From sequence record OZ335964.1: a stretch of DNA of 64,000 nt, one strand, 5' to 3'. Of the stretch, positions 40,382-48,468 are shown one piece after another. The notes under the pieces were generated by a model that did no database searches, was not told where the DNA came from, and was given only the letters and a program-made list of their open reading frames with translations. The position numbers were made by a program, and so were the translations under genes. Source of the stretch: a phage. Within the stretch, counting starts at the first letter, position 1. Each line of letters opens with the position of its first letter.

Positions 40382-40855
40382 TTATTTGCACCAAATTCGA
40401 ATTATTTCGTCTCGTTCAAATTTCTGCCAGATTACTCGGTCACCCGCTGCCATGATACTGACAAATCCAGTTGTGTTTCCTGTGTACTTGCTTTTAGTCT
40501 CGGCATCATATTCAAAGAATGGTGCTTTAAGATCGCTAAACTCATCTTTTCCCACAAACTTCATAACATGACGATGCGCGTAATATTCGCTTCTTAGTGT
40601 TGTTGTGATAGTTCCGTCATTATTTGATTTCAGATGTAATTCTGCATCTTCATAAAGACTTGCATCTCGTTGTTTACTTTCAATACCGTCGTTATATGTT
40701 GATTTCGTTGCACTCCAACATTGATAAGTTTTATCAACATTTTCGATCTTTTCCTGTGTCATATCAAAAAGCGGTGCAACCTTTTTCTTAGCCGCGTGTG
40801 CTACGTTGGTCATGGACAGTGCTGCAACAACCACAATAGCAATAATCTTCTTCAT
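40382..40855 (-). CDS. Secreted/periplasmic protein
   Basis: N-terminal signal peptide (MKKIIAIVVVAALSMTNVAHA); RBS AAGGAGA. Confidence 0.55.
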   Translation of the reverse strand: MKKIIAIVVVAALSMTNVAHAAKKKVAPLFDMTQEKIENVDKTYQCWSATKSTYNDGIESKQRDASLYEDAELHLKSNNDGTITTTLRSEYYAHRHVMKFVGKDEFSDLKAPFFEYDAETKSKYTGNTTGFVSIMAAGDRVIWQKFERDEIIRIWCK

Positions 40856-40919
40856 AGTATTCTCCTTTTGTTTTGTGTTGGGAGTATCTTAGCGACACTC
40901 CCGTTATTTTTCAAATCTT

Positions 40920-41201
40920 TTATTCGTGATTAGTTTCGATGTTATACATTTTGCACCAGTTCAGCCAATCGCCCAGATCTTGATAGTTGATGCTTTTATC
41001 TGCTGCCATCGTTTTGGTCTTGATACCCATATGTGCGTTATGAGTAAGCATTTTTACAGTGAACTCAATTTTATCGCCTTTAGCTTTAACATCAACCAGT
41101 TTGGTCCACTGGCTACCAGCGCCGCGAATGTTCATACCAACGATGTTTCCGATGTATGCTTCTTTGTTTTTCAGGATTTCGGTTGCTTTGATGAATTTCA
41201 T
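40920..41201 (-). CDS. Hypothetical protein
   Basis: 93-aa ORF behind an early promoter cassette. Confidence 0.5.
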   Translation of the reverse strand: MKFIKATEILKNKEAYIGNIVGMNIRGAGSQWTKLVDVKAKGDKIEFTVKMLTHNAHMGIKTKTMAADKSINYQDLGDWLNWCKMYNIETNHE

Positions 41202-41234
41202 TTTTGATTCTCCAGTTCGTTTCGGTATGGGTGT

Positions 41235-41263
41235 ATTATGCTATGTTCTTACTTTGGTGTCAA
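41235..41263 (-). promoter_or_regulatory. Early promoter cassette (TTGACA-N17-CATAAT)
   Basis: Upstream AAAAAGTTG UP-like tract, conserved leader CCGAAACGAAC, RBS GGAGAA before ORF 41201. Confidence 0.55.
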
Positions 41264-41270
41264 CAACTTT

Positions 41271-41540
41271 TTAGATATTTTCAGAAATAAATTTTAAAAC
41301 TTGACGTAAATGTTTCTCATCTTTGATAGTCGCCGGAAGTTCTTCTTTTACTTCCTGTGCAAGATAGATATTTCCGTTCCAAGTGAAAGATCCGTCTTCG
41401 TTTACGCGATAGCTGAACATCCACTCGCAATCATTTTCGATTTCATATACACACAGAAGGGTGTAATCGTTAAAGCTATTGATTTCAAGGTCGAAGCCGT
41501 GACGTTTTGCAAAGTTGGTAGTGGTTTTAGTCAGTGCCAT
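41271..41540 (-). CDS. Hypothetical protein
   Basis: 89-aa ORF behind an early promoter cassette. Confidence 0.5.
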   Translation of the reverse strand: MALTKTTTNFAKRHGFDLEINSFNDYTLLCVYEIENDCEWMFSYRVNEDGSFTWNGNIYLAQEVKEELPATIKDEKHLRQVLKFISENI

Positions 41541-41580
41541 TGTTTGATTCTCCTAAGTGGTATCTCGTTTCGATGGGTGT

Positions 41581-41609
41581 ATTATGCTATACACAGGATC
41601 TGGTGTCAA
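41581..41609 (-). promoter_or_regulatory. Early promoter cassette (TTGACA-N17-CATAAT)
   Basis: Conserved leader CATCGAAACGAGATAC and RBS AGGAGA before ORF 41540; sits just downstream of a terminator. Confidence 0.55.
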
Positions 41610-41634
41610 TGCCTTTTTTAAAAATTTTGGCAAT

Positions 41635-41658
41635 AAAAAAGCCGACACTAAGGTCGGC
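41635..41658 (-). terminator. Terminator after ORF 41667, immediately followed by a promoter cassette
   Basis: Minus strand GCCGAC-CTTAGT-GTCGGC followed by TTTTTT. Confidence 0.6.
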
Positions 41659-41666
41659 TAATAAAA

Positions 41667-41975
41667 TCAACGAGATAGATAATCGTTTTGCGCGATCTGG
41701 TCGGCGTATGCTGGTGTTATGTCAATCGCCAACACTTTAACGCGTGCTTTCTTGCGACCTGGGTTTTCTCGTAACCAGTGCTCATGACCGTGCACATTTT
41801 TATATTTTGATGCGGTTTCGAAGGTACGGATCGGACCTGGATAATCTGCGTAAAGGATCTCTAGGTCTTCGGTGATGTAAAAATATACATCATAATTACT
41901 GTTCTCTAGTTTAAGCAGAGAATTGCGAAATTGTGGTAAATTCTCGCGGGTAAATTCAACTACAAGATTTTTCAT
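41667..41975 (-). CDS. HxHW-motif small protein, family member 1
   Basis: YDVYFYITED...HGHEHW...VKVLAIDI; start set at MKNLVVEF (RBS GAGGA after the terminator). Confidence 0.5.
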   Translation of the reverse strand: MKNLVVEFTRENLPQFRNSLLKLENSNYDVYFYITEDLEILYADYPGPIRTFETASKYKNVHGHEHWLRENPGRKKARVKVLAIDITPAYADQIAQNDYLSR

Positions 41976-42000
41976 AGTGATATCCTCATTCAGATAGATT

Positions 42001-42019
42001 AAAAGGGGCTTAATGCCCC
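42001..42019 (-). terminator. Terminator after ORF 42025
   Basis: Minus strand GGGGC-ATTAA-GCCCC followed by TTTT. Confidence 0.55.
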
Positions 42020-42024
42020 CTATA

Positions 42025-42312
42025 TTAAAACAGTCCTTCCTGTACACCGTAGTAGAGTTCATCGCTGATAATTTCATTAATGCGACGGTGTGCATATTCC
42101 TGATTTGCGAAGTTGTCAGCAAGTTCTACTTTAGTTTCGCCGTCATGAGTCCATTTAGTGATAACTTTACCATCTGCAAATTTGAAGTTGAACTCTTTAG
42201 CTACCGCATCGCGTACCAGACATGCAAACTTGTTGTTGCGGATTGCATTATCGGTTTCGTGTGCAGCGTGAGCAAATTTGTTAACTTTCAGAGTGATAGT
42301 AATGTATGCCAT
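42025..42312 (-). CDS. Hypothetical protein
   Basis: 95-aa ORF behind an early promoter cassette. Confidence 0.5.
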   Translation of the reverse strand: MAYITITLKVNKFAHAAHETDNAIRNNKFACLVRDAVAKEFNFKFADGKVITKWTHDGETKVELADNFANQEYAHRRINEIISDELYYGVQEGLF

Positions 42313-42358
42313 AATTTGATTCTCCTAGTTAGAAAGTGTATCTCGTTTCGATGGGTGT

Positions 42359-42387
42359 ATTATGCTATACACCCGATCCGGTGTCAA
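42359..42387 (-). promoter_or_regulatory. Early promoter cassette (TTGACA-N17-CATAAT), palindromic ACACCGGATCGGGTGT
   Basis: Conserved leader CATCGAAACGAGATAC and RBS AGGAGA before ORF 42312. Confidence 0.55.
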
Positions 42388-42394
42388 CAACTTT

Positions 42395-42673
42395 TTATAA
42401 AATAATTTTTTGATATTTTTCTATGATGTTCGTGTAATTCACATCAACCGCTATCACCGTTGCTTCGAATCCACCGTTTAGCCAATGGCTATGGTCATGA
42501 TCGTGAAAGAAACCAAGACCAGTGCGAAGACCTTCTTTATATTCGGCGCGTACATTTAGAGAATCGTCGATAAACAGATAAAACCATGAATTTTTACTAG
42601 GATTGATGATACAACCTTTCAGATTAGGGAGAATATCACGACTAAGAATAAACTTATCACCTACTTTGAACAT
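42395..42673 (-). CDS. HxHW-motif small protein, family member 2
   Basis: WFYLFIDD...HDHDHSHW...TVIAVDV; start set at MFKV (RBS GAGGA). Confidence 0.5.
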   Translation of the reverse strand: MFKVGDKFILSRDILPNLKGCIINPSKNSWFYLFIDDSLNVRAEYKEGLRTGLGFFHDHDHSHWLNGGFEATVIAVDVNYTNIIEKYQKIIL

Positions 42674-42677
42674 AATA

Positions 42678-42998
42678 TTAGTCCTCACTTATAAGGTCAA
42701 ACCAATTGTTTTTCGCATAATGCTTAATGCGTGCTTGATCTGCTTCCGCTGGTGATAGATTCCATGCAACCACTACAACTTCTGACGCATCGTCATCCGT
42801 TTCTGATACCCAATGATTGTGATTCATACAGTTATTTGCGATCGAGTGAGCAAATGATTTCATCACTGGAGACGTATAATCATAGTAACGGATTTTCAGA
42901 TTTTCATCAACGTACAAATAGATCGTATAAGGTTTATATTCAGTAACCAGTAACAGACAGTTACGCAATTCTGGGAAAATATTTTTAGTTAATTTCAT
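42678..42998 (-). CDS. HxHW-motif small protein, family member 3
   Basis: YTIYLYVDEN...NHNHW...EVVVVAW. Confidence 0.5.
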   Translation of the reverse strand: MKLTKNIFPELRNCLLLVTEYKPYTIYLYVDENLKIRYYDYTSPVMKSFAHSIANNCMNHNHWVSETDDDASEVVVVAWNLSPAEADQARIKHYAKNNWFDLISED

Positions 42999-43200
42999 AT
43001 TCTAGTTCTCCGTAATATACGGTAATCCATTTTTCTTCATACTTTGTATCTTTCCAACACACAATCCCGTTTACTGTGCAATCTTTGGAATTGACGAATG
43101 ATTCATATTGTTCTGCATCTTCCATCATTGCATGAGCGGTCTTTTCATCGAATATATCGCAGATCGCTTTATATGCTCGATAATCTTTAAATTTGCTCAT
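42985..43200 (-). CDS. Small protein, paralog of the next ORF
   Basis: MSKFKDYRAYKAI...MMEDAEQ...GIVCWKDT; start set at MSKF. Confidence 0.45.
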   Translation of the reverse strand: MSKFKDYRAYKAICDIFDEKTAHAMMEDAEQYESFVNSKDCTVNGIVCWKDTKYEEKWITVYYGELEYEIN

Positions 43201-43202
43201 AA

Positions 43203-43412
43203 TTAAGACCACTCAAGAGTTTTTGAAAACACATCTATCCATTGTTGAGTATATGCGGTTTCTTTCCATGATACAATACCAGTCGAATAATGGTTTTTGT
43301 TTCCAGAAAAGGACGGGCATTTTGATGCATCTTCCATCATCTTTTCGGCGAACTCCGCGTCATATACCCGCAGGATCTGTTGATATGCTTTATAATCTTT
43401 AAATTTGCTCAT
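43203..43412 (-). CDS. Small protein, paralog of the previous ORF
   Basis: MSKFKDYKAYQQI...MMEDASK...GIVSWKET. Confidence 0.45.
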   Translation of the reverse strand: MSKFKDYKAYQQILRVYDAEFAEKMMEDASKCPSFSGNKNHYSTGIVSWKETAYTQQWIDVFSKTLEWS

Positions 43413-43677
43413 AATTGTTAACTACCTTATCAGCTTCTTTTATTGTTTTTACATCAACTGCGATAATCCGTAAAGGTTCGTCGAAGGTCCACCAATGATC
43501 GTGAATATCGGCTTGTGATTTATCACCAAAGGAATCACGAATATCATTTTTACATTTATAGCTAATGTGACCTTCATAGTCAACATAAAGGTAATTATCG
43601 AAAATCGGCGTTTTTAAGATCATACCGAAAAATCTTTCTTTGTGTGTCTTATCCAGTGTTGCAGTAATTCGCATCAT
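43399..43677 (-). CDS. HxHW-motif small protein, family member 4
   Basis: DNYLYVDYEG...IHDHWW...LRIIAVDV. Confidence 0.5.
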   Translation of the reverse strand: MMRITATLDKTHKERFFGMILKTPIFDNYLYVDYEGHISYKCKNDIRDSFGDKSQADIHDHWWTFDEPLRIIAVDVKTIKEADKVVNNYEQI

Positions 43678-43689
43678 AATATATTCCTC

Positions 43690-43869
43690 TTAGAAAGGGA
43701 TGGTCATTTCTTGAGCTTGTACATTCTCGTTAGGATTAAACTTCATCCAACCGATATTGTCTACCAGCATATGTACATTTTTATCATATCCTACGTGAGT
43801 AGTCAACACTAAATGTGCTTTACCTTCAACGATGATTTCCATGTACTTCTGAACTTCGATAGCTTTCAT
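43690..43869 (-). CDS. Small hypothetical protein (59 aa), below track cutoff
   Basis: ATG immediately downstream of an early promoter cassette and its RBS GGAGAA. Confidence 0.4.
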   Translation of the reverse strand: MKAIEVQKYMEIIVEGKAHLVLTTHVGYDKNVHMLVDNIGWMKFNPNENVQAQEMTIPF

Positions 43870-43902
43870 TTTTGATTCTCCGTTTGTTGTCTTGATGGGA
43901 GT

Positions 43903-43931
43903 ATCTTACTACTCCCTTTAATCATTGTCAA
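43903..43931 (-). promoter_or_regulatory. Early promoter cassette (TTGACA-N17-TAAGAT) with GGGAGTA/TACTCCC palindrome
   Basis: Conserved leader and RBS before small ORF 43869. Confidence 0.5.
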
Positions 43932-43934
43932 CTA

Positions 43935-44102
43935 TTATTTGTTAATTTCTGGTGCGTTGCTCGGATAGTAACCTTCTTTAACACCTAGATATTTTGCAAC
44001 CATTCCGGGGATCTTCTGTGCTACTACGATATCGAATTTCAGGTAGTCTTCACCGTGGTTTGCTACAATGTATGCTTCGCATTCTGCTTTAGTCTGGAAC
44101 AT
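43935..44102 (-). CDS. Small hypothetical protein (start set at MFQTK)
   Basis: The longer track ORF would run into the promoter cassette; internal ATG has RBS AGGAGA. Confidence 0.4.
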   Translation of the reverse strand: MFQTKAECEAYIVANHGEDYLKFDIVVAQKIPGMVAKYLGVKEGYYPSNAPEINK

Positions 44103-44135
44103 TTTTATTCTCCTATATCTCGTTGGTATGTGTGC

Positions 44136-44164
44136 ATTATAGGGGATCACCGATCCCCTGTCAA
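44136..44164 (-). promoter_or_regulatory. Early promoter cassette (TTGACA-N17-TATAAT), palindromic spacer GGGGATCGGTGATCCCC
   Basis: Conserved leader ACCAACGAGATA and RBS AGGAGA before ORF 44102. Confidence 0.6.
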
Positions 44165-44169
44165 CAACT

Positions 44170-44463
44170 TTATAATGCTTTATATGCGTATTTCATAAAT
44201 TTGTCTGCCACTTCATTGGCATGTTCAGATTCTACGCCTGATTCGAGAACAATAGCTAGGTCGGTTTCGTCATTCCCGCCGTACCAATGATTTGATGTTC
44301 GATTTTTTTCAATTGGAAATTGGTCACTTTTATCTGTGCGACAAAATACATCTAAATGCTCGTCGATGTAAAAGATCCAATCCTCATAAAGAATAACGGT
44401 ATTAGCCAGATTTTTATTACCTTCAACGAAAGGTTCGGCTACAAACAAATTAGTATGTTCCAT
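44170..44463 (-). CDS. HxHW-motif small protein, family member 5 (divergent)
   Basis: WIFYIDEH...SNHW...LAIVLE. Confidence 0.45.
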   Translation of the reverse strand: MEHTNLFVAEPFVEGNKNLANTVILYEDWIFYIDEHLDVFCRTDKSDQFPIEKNRTSNHWYGGNDETDLAIVLESGVESEHANEVADKFMKYAYKAL

Positions 44464-44520
44464 AGTATTTTCCTCAATTTGTGGGAGAGTATTGCCCCTC
44501 CCGATGATTGTTATATTATA

Positions 44521-44841
44521 TCACACAAAATGGCGTGTCAATGCTTCTTTTGCGGTTCCGCTAAGACTTTCGATCTCGCCTGGCATAACATCAACTGCCA
44601 GAACTTCTACAACATCCTCTGATCCTAACCAGTGAGTATGACCTTTGTAGAACTTGATAACCAGACTACCTTCCTCGTCCCATTTAACGCTATCGCTAGC
44701 CCACCACACATCACCGTCGATAAAGTTGATGTAAAGCACACTACGCCACATTGAATTAATTACTTTCAATACTGCGCCTTTCATCTCTTCCACGGTGTGG
44801 TCTTCCATTTTGAAGACCTCACCTACCTGAACTTTTGCCAT
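44521..44841 (-). CDS. HxHW-motif small protein, family member 6
   Basis: VLYINFIDGD...GHTHW...VVEVLAVDV. Confidence 0.5.
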   Translation of the reverse strand: MAKVQVGEVFKMEDHTVEEMKGAVLKVINSMWRSVLYINFIDGDVWWASDSVKWDEEGSLVIKFYKGHTHWLGSEDVVEVLAVDVMPGEIESLSGTAKEALTRHFV

Positions 44842-44858
44842 TTAGTCACCTCTCTTTA

Positions 44859-45038
44859 TTACATAACAATCACGCCAGCCGTTGAAAGTTGATGTTTCAA
44901 CTGAGCATTTTCTGCTACTGTCAAATCAATGATTTCTTGTGACGCTGCAATCATATAACCATTGGTGATATTGTTTTGCATCAGTTCAATGGTTTCTTCG
45001 TTGTAGCGGATTTTAGCGATGATTTCGTTGAAGTTCAT
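44859..45038 (-). CDS. Small hypothetical protein (59 aa), below track cutoff
   Basis: ATG directly after a promoter cassette and RBS AGGAGA. Confidence 0.4.
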   Translation of the reverse strand: MNFNEIIAKIRYNEETIELMQNNITNGYMIAASQEIIDLTVAENAQLKHQLSTAGVIVM

Positions 45039-45072
45039 GTTTGATTCTCCTAGTTCGTTTCGGTATGTGTGT

Positions 45073-45101
45073 AGTATAGGGGATCACCGATCCCCTGTCA
45101 A
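45073..45101 (-). promoter_or_regulatory. Early promoter cassette (TTGACA-N17-TATACT), palindromic spacer GGGGATCGGTGATCCCC
   Basis: Conserved leader ACCGAAACGAAC and RBS AGGAGA before small ORF 45038. Confidence 0.6.
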
Positions 45102-45114
45102 CAACTTTTTTGAA

Positions 45115-45591
45115 TTATTTTTCTTGATGCTCGCGCTCGTACTTTTCGAAATAAAATTCTACTGGCTGGTCGTGGATTGACAGTAAGCCAAAGCGTTTAG
45201 CCGCTCGCAACCCCATATTGCGCTGAATGTACTTCTGGAAGTTCTCGCGTATACACTTACGCCAGTATTCTAAGCCCATACAGCTTTTATAAAGATTGCA
45301 TTGCACACACGCCGGATTCATGTTATCAAGTATATCATGCTCCGGTTTATGCATTCCTACAACCTTATACTTCCACGATCCATCATCATTACGGGCAATT
45401 CGTCCATTTTCATCATAGACTACTTTTGAGCGTCGTAATACTGGTTTGATGTGGTCTGCGTGCCAGCGATCCCCTAGTTCCTCGCCACAATAGGCACAAT
45501 GTCCACCATATTTCATTTTCAGGATCTGGCGTTGCTCTTTCTTTGACAATTTTTTAGGTTTAGGGGCTTTCGCCCCTTCATTATCACACAT
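45115..45591 (-). CDS. HNH endonuclease family protein
   Basis: CAYCGEELG...HADHIKP...NMNPACVQCN; translationally coupled to the ligase gene. Confidence 0.6.
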   Translation of the reverse strand: MCDNEGAKAPKPKKLSKKEQRQILKMKYGGHCAYCGEELGDRWHADHIKPVLRRSKVVYDENGRIARNDDGSWKYKVVGMHKPEHDILDNMNPACVQCNLYKSCMGLEYWRKCIRENFQKYIQRNMGLRAAKRFGLLSIHDQPVEFYFEKYEREHQEK

Positions 45592-47086
45592 CGAATACCT
45601 CTTTTACTGTATTTGCAGTGGTCTTGTCGTAGCGAATACGTTTGATGATCGGGAGAAATAAAGAGAACTCCGGTTCATCTTCTTTACGTGATTTGCTGCG
45701 GATATACCCGTTGCATGTCATCTCAATGACTTTTCCAATCAGGTTATGACGGTCAGCCCATAACATTTCTCGGTCAAGTTCATTTCGACGATCGAACGGA
45801 ATTACACGTTCGATACCATCATCACCTTTTTCGGTTGTAGTGTCGGTTAATCCCGATCCGGTGTTAGTCATCATTCGTCCACACGCACTACGGACAGTAA
45901 AACCGCCTACCTTATTGGGGTCTTTACTATGCGGATATACATCAACAATTTCCGCGTCGAAGTCAATCACTTCTTTAAATTTAACCTGATCTTTACTACG
46001 GCGATCTTCAAATACACCATGCAGATTTTTAAGGATAATACCTTCTAAGCCCATGTTTACATAGCGATGATATACTTCGCGAGCTTCATCGATATTGTTA
46101 ACTACAGTATTTTCGATTATCTGAACACGAGGATCGTTAAGTTCTTCAACAATCTGTTTTAGTTCTTCGAATCGATCTTTATATTGCTTCGTTGCTTTCT
46201 CGTTTCCGTAATACACATCACGGTCGATAACATCCCAGACAGTGTAAACAATACATTGGGCTTCTTCTTTTGGAATAGTTCCTTTCAGTGATTTGTTGAG
46301 GATACCATTTCCGGTCTGACGATCTGCAACAACGGATTCTTTTACTGCTTCCGCTACTGGCGTTAATGGTATTTCCTCTTCTTCAAATATCCATGACAGA
46401 GTACCATCATAAACGCTCTCAACGAAGTTCTGCGCTGGTGTTTGCGAAAGGGTAGGCATATATACCAATTCGCCATCTAGAACAATTCCACGGCCTCGTA
46501 GACGCTCTAAAACAGAAAACAAATCATCCAGCCCCTGGTAGGTATTACCTGAACGGGTATATATTGCTAATGTTTCCCCGTCAATATCAGCCATACCACG
46601 AGCGCCATCACTTTTAAGTTGTGCATATGCCGGATATTTGATATTAGCAATAGCCTTATCAGAATATGACGATGCAAGGTGGCATGGTTGCTGGGGGATC
46701 AGTTTCTTCCATACCTTGTTTGAAGTGGTAGCGGAACAACCGCATTCCAGATCACGATTCAGGACCATCATTGCAACTTTAGCATCATCTTCTGACAAGC
46801 AAGTCAGAGTATCGGTAACTAGCTGTAATGCTGCATTACCAGTTACTTGACGCGTGGCAAGTTTATTTTTAAAGACCTGCAATGCACCGGATAAAGACAA
46901 TACAGACGAATAGCGCGATGGTTTATCGTATTTCTTTACGCCAAACGTAACCTGTTTGCAATATGCCAGATAAAAGCATTCTTTCAGCGTTTCATTGCTT
47001 GCAGATTCTTTCAGGATCTTTTCTTTCAGCGATGTTTTGTCGGTCGCTGCAAGCTGGTTAATGATATTAAGAATTGACATTTTCAC
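45584..47086 (-). CDS. 30: ATP-dependent DNA ligase (gp30)
   Basis: Aligns with T4 DNA ligase: TGNAA, MMVLNRDLECG, YAQLKSDGARG (adenylation lysine motif), EGIILKN, GGF. Confidence 0.9.
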   Translation of the reverse strand: MKMSILNIINQLAATDKTSLKEKILKESASNETLKECFYLAYCKQVTFGVKKYDKPSRYSSVLSLSGALQVFKNKLATRQVTGNAALQLVTDTLTCLSEDDAKVAMMVLNRDLECGCSATTSNKVWKKLIPQQPCHLASSYSDKAIANIKYPAYAQLKSDGARGMADIDGETLAIYTRSGNTYQGLDDLFSVLERLRGRGIVLDGELVYMPTLSQTPAQNFVESVYDGTLSWIFEEEEIPLTPVAEAVKESVVADRQTGNGILNKSLKGTIPKEEAQCIVYTVWDVIDRDVYYGNEKATKQYKDRFEELKQIVEELNDPRVQIIENTVVNNIDEAREVYHRYVNMGLEGIILKNLHGVFEDRRSKDQVKFKEVIDFDAEIVDVYPHSKDPNKVGGFTVRSACGRMMTNTGSGLTDTTTEKGDDGIERVIPFDRRNELDREMLWADRHNLIGKVIEMTCNGYIRSKSRKEDEPEFSLFLPIIKRIRYDKTTANTVKEVFDV

Positions 47087-47546
47087 CTCGTTTTGTTAAA
47101 CGTTCACGAATATCATTGAGGATACTACAAAATTCCGATTCGGTCAATATGGTCTTTAACGGATCAGTTCCACCTATGCTATGACGCAATTTCTTATTTC
47201 CGGTAGCGAGTAATGCTTTACAAAATTCTGGGTTATTCCGTGCCATCGTAACAAATGCCAGATGCACCAGTCTGTAATAATGCTCACTCATTCTATGAAT
47301 CGGGCGACCCTGAAAATATAGCATGTGATTCTCTATCTTTTCAGCCCTTCCGGTTCTTTTTGCTTTGCCACCGTGCATCAAAAAGATTTCTCTTTGTCTC
47401 TGAGGGTTCTTAAATCTTAGCCCCTGTAAAAATCCTTCTGTGCTGTTAATATCGCAACCAAATAGACGGAATGGTCTTTTATTGAAATTACTCAATTCAC
47501 CCGATGGATAAGGTCCACCCGCATAGATATCAATTTCAGAAGTCAT
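47067..47546 (-). CDS. NADAR / YbiA-like (DUF1768) domain protein
   Basis: Aligns with E. coli YbiA: SGELSNFN / GDFSNFA, STEGF / SEHYF, QREIFLMHGGKAKRTGR / REEIRRV..AARMGR, ALLATGNKKLRHS / LLATAPAKLVEH. Confidence 0.65.
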   Translation of the reverse strand: MTSEIDIYAGGPYPSGELSNFNKRPFRLFGCDINSTEGFLQGLRFKNPQRQREIFLMHGGKAKRTGRAEKIENHMLYFQGRPIHRMSEHYYRLVHLAFVTMARNNPEFCKALLATGNKKLRHSIGGTDPLKTILTESEFCSILNDIRERLTKRGENVNS

Positions 47547-47700
47547 TGAAACTAATCTCGCTAATCATAGAGAACGGATCATAATCGTCATGAGGAATAT
47601 CGATAGTAATCGAATGAGGATTTACCCATACACCAAACTGGTCTTCTTCGGTGAATACTTCGGTATGGATTTCGTGGATGTTTACATTCATAGTTTTCAT
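47536..47700 (-). CDS. Small hypothetical protein (54 aa), below track cutoff
   Basis: ATG at 47700; stop overlaps the start of the NADAR-like gene. Confidence 0.35.
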   Translation of the reverse strand: MKTMNVNIHEIHTEVFTEEDQFGVWVNPHSITIDIPHDDYDPFSMISEISFNDF

Positions 47701-47782
47701 AATAAAATTCCTTAATAATCAATAACTTACAAAATCATATAGCCAAAATATAGGCGGGATTATTTCCCGCCGTTTAAAATCA

Positions 47783-48106
47783 TTAACCGTAAACTACCAC
47801 AATATTCTGTTTGTGCGTTACAGTCCATTTCAGGTCGATCTCTTCTTCCTTCTTAACGCCGTTAATAACGTCTGGATGAGGAACTTTATTCATCTTGCCA
47901 TGTGGCAGTAGAACAATTTTACCCAGCAATTCTTTATCTACAGTTTCACCAATATCAATAATCTTACCTACCAGCGGAATCTCGCCCATAGTGCGCTTTT
48001 GCTCAATAATGATCCCCATAGAGCTTTTTACTTCGGTCCCTGCGCTTTCTGCTTTAGCTTCGATAATTACATAATCACCAAGTGCTTTAGGAGTTTTAAC
48101 GGTCAT
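47783..48106 (-). CDS. 31: Co-chaperonin gp31 (GroES-like)
   Basis: 107 aa; aligns with T4 gp31 (GDYVIIEA, VPHP); position next to 30. Confidence 0.8.
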   Translation of the reverse strand: MTVKTPKALGDYVIIEAKAESAGTEVKSSMGIIIEQKRTMGEIPLVGKIIDIGETVDKELLGKIVLLPHGKMNKVPHPDVINGVKKEEEIDLKWTVTHKQNIVVVYG

Positions 48107-48147
48107 AATTTTATTACCTCTTCAAATCAATACAGTTTAATGATGAA

Positions 48148-48468
48148 TTATTTATAAATTTCGACGATCTGCGCTGGAGTCAGCCCGTCTACATTAATCA
48201 GACTATCAAGCCCAAAACTACGGAAACCTTCAACTGCAATTTCATATACTGGCAAAGATGTTTCTGATTCTTTACGCGGTTTTTCAACATTCGGAACTAA
48301 CCACTTTTCGTATGTTTCAAACGGCATCAGTGCCGGATCTCTCGTAGCGATCATCTCGCGGACAGTACCATCTTTCTTAGTAAACTGCAAAGAGTGAGTA
48401 CCGACCGAAAACATTTTCTTTAGTGCTTCACGAAGTGCGATATTATCAATTTGTTCGGTCATTATCAA
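48148..48468 (-). CDS. Hypothetical protein
   Basis: 106-aa ORF between cd and 31. Confidence 0.5.
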   Translation of the reverse strand: MIMTEQIDNIALREALKKMFSVGTHSLQFTKKDGTVREMIATRDPALMPFETYEKWLVPNVEKPRKESETSLPVYEIAVEGFRSFGLDSLINVDGLTPAQIVEIYK

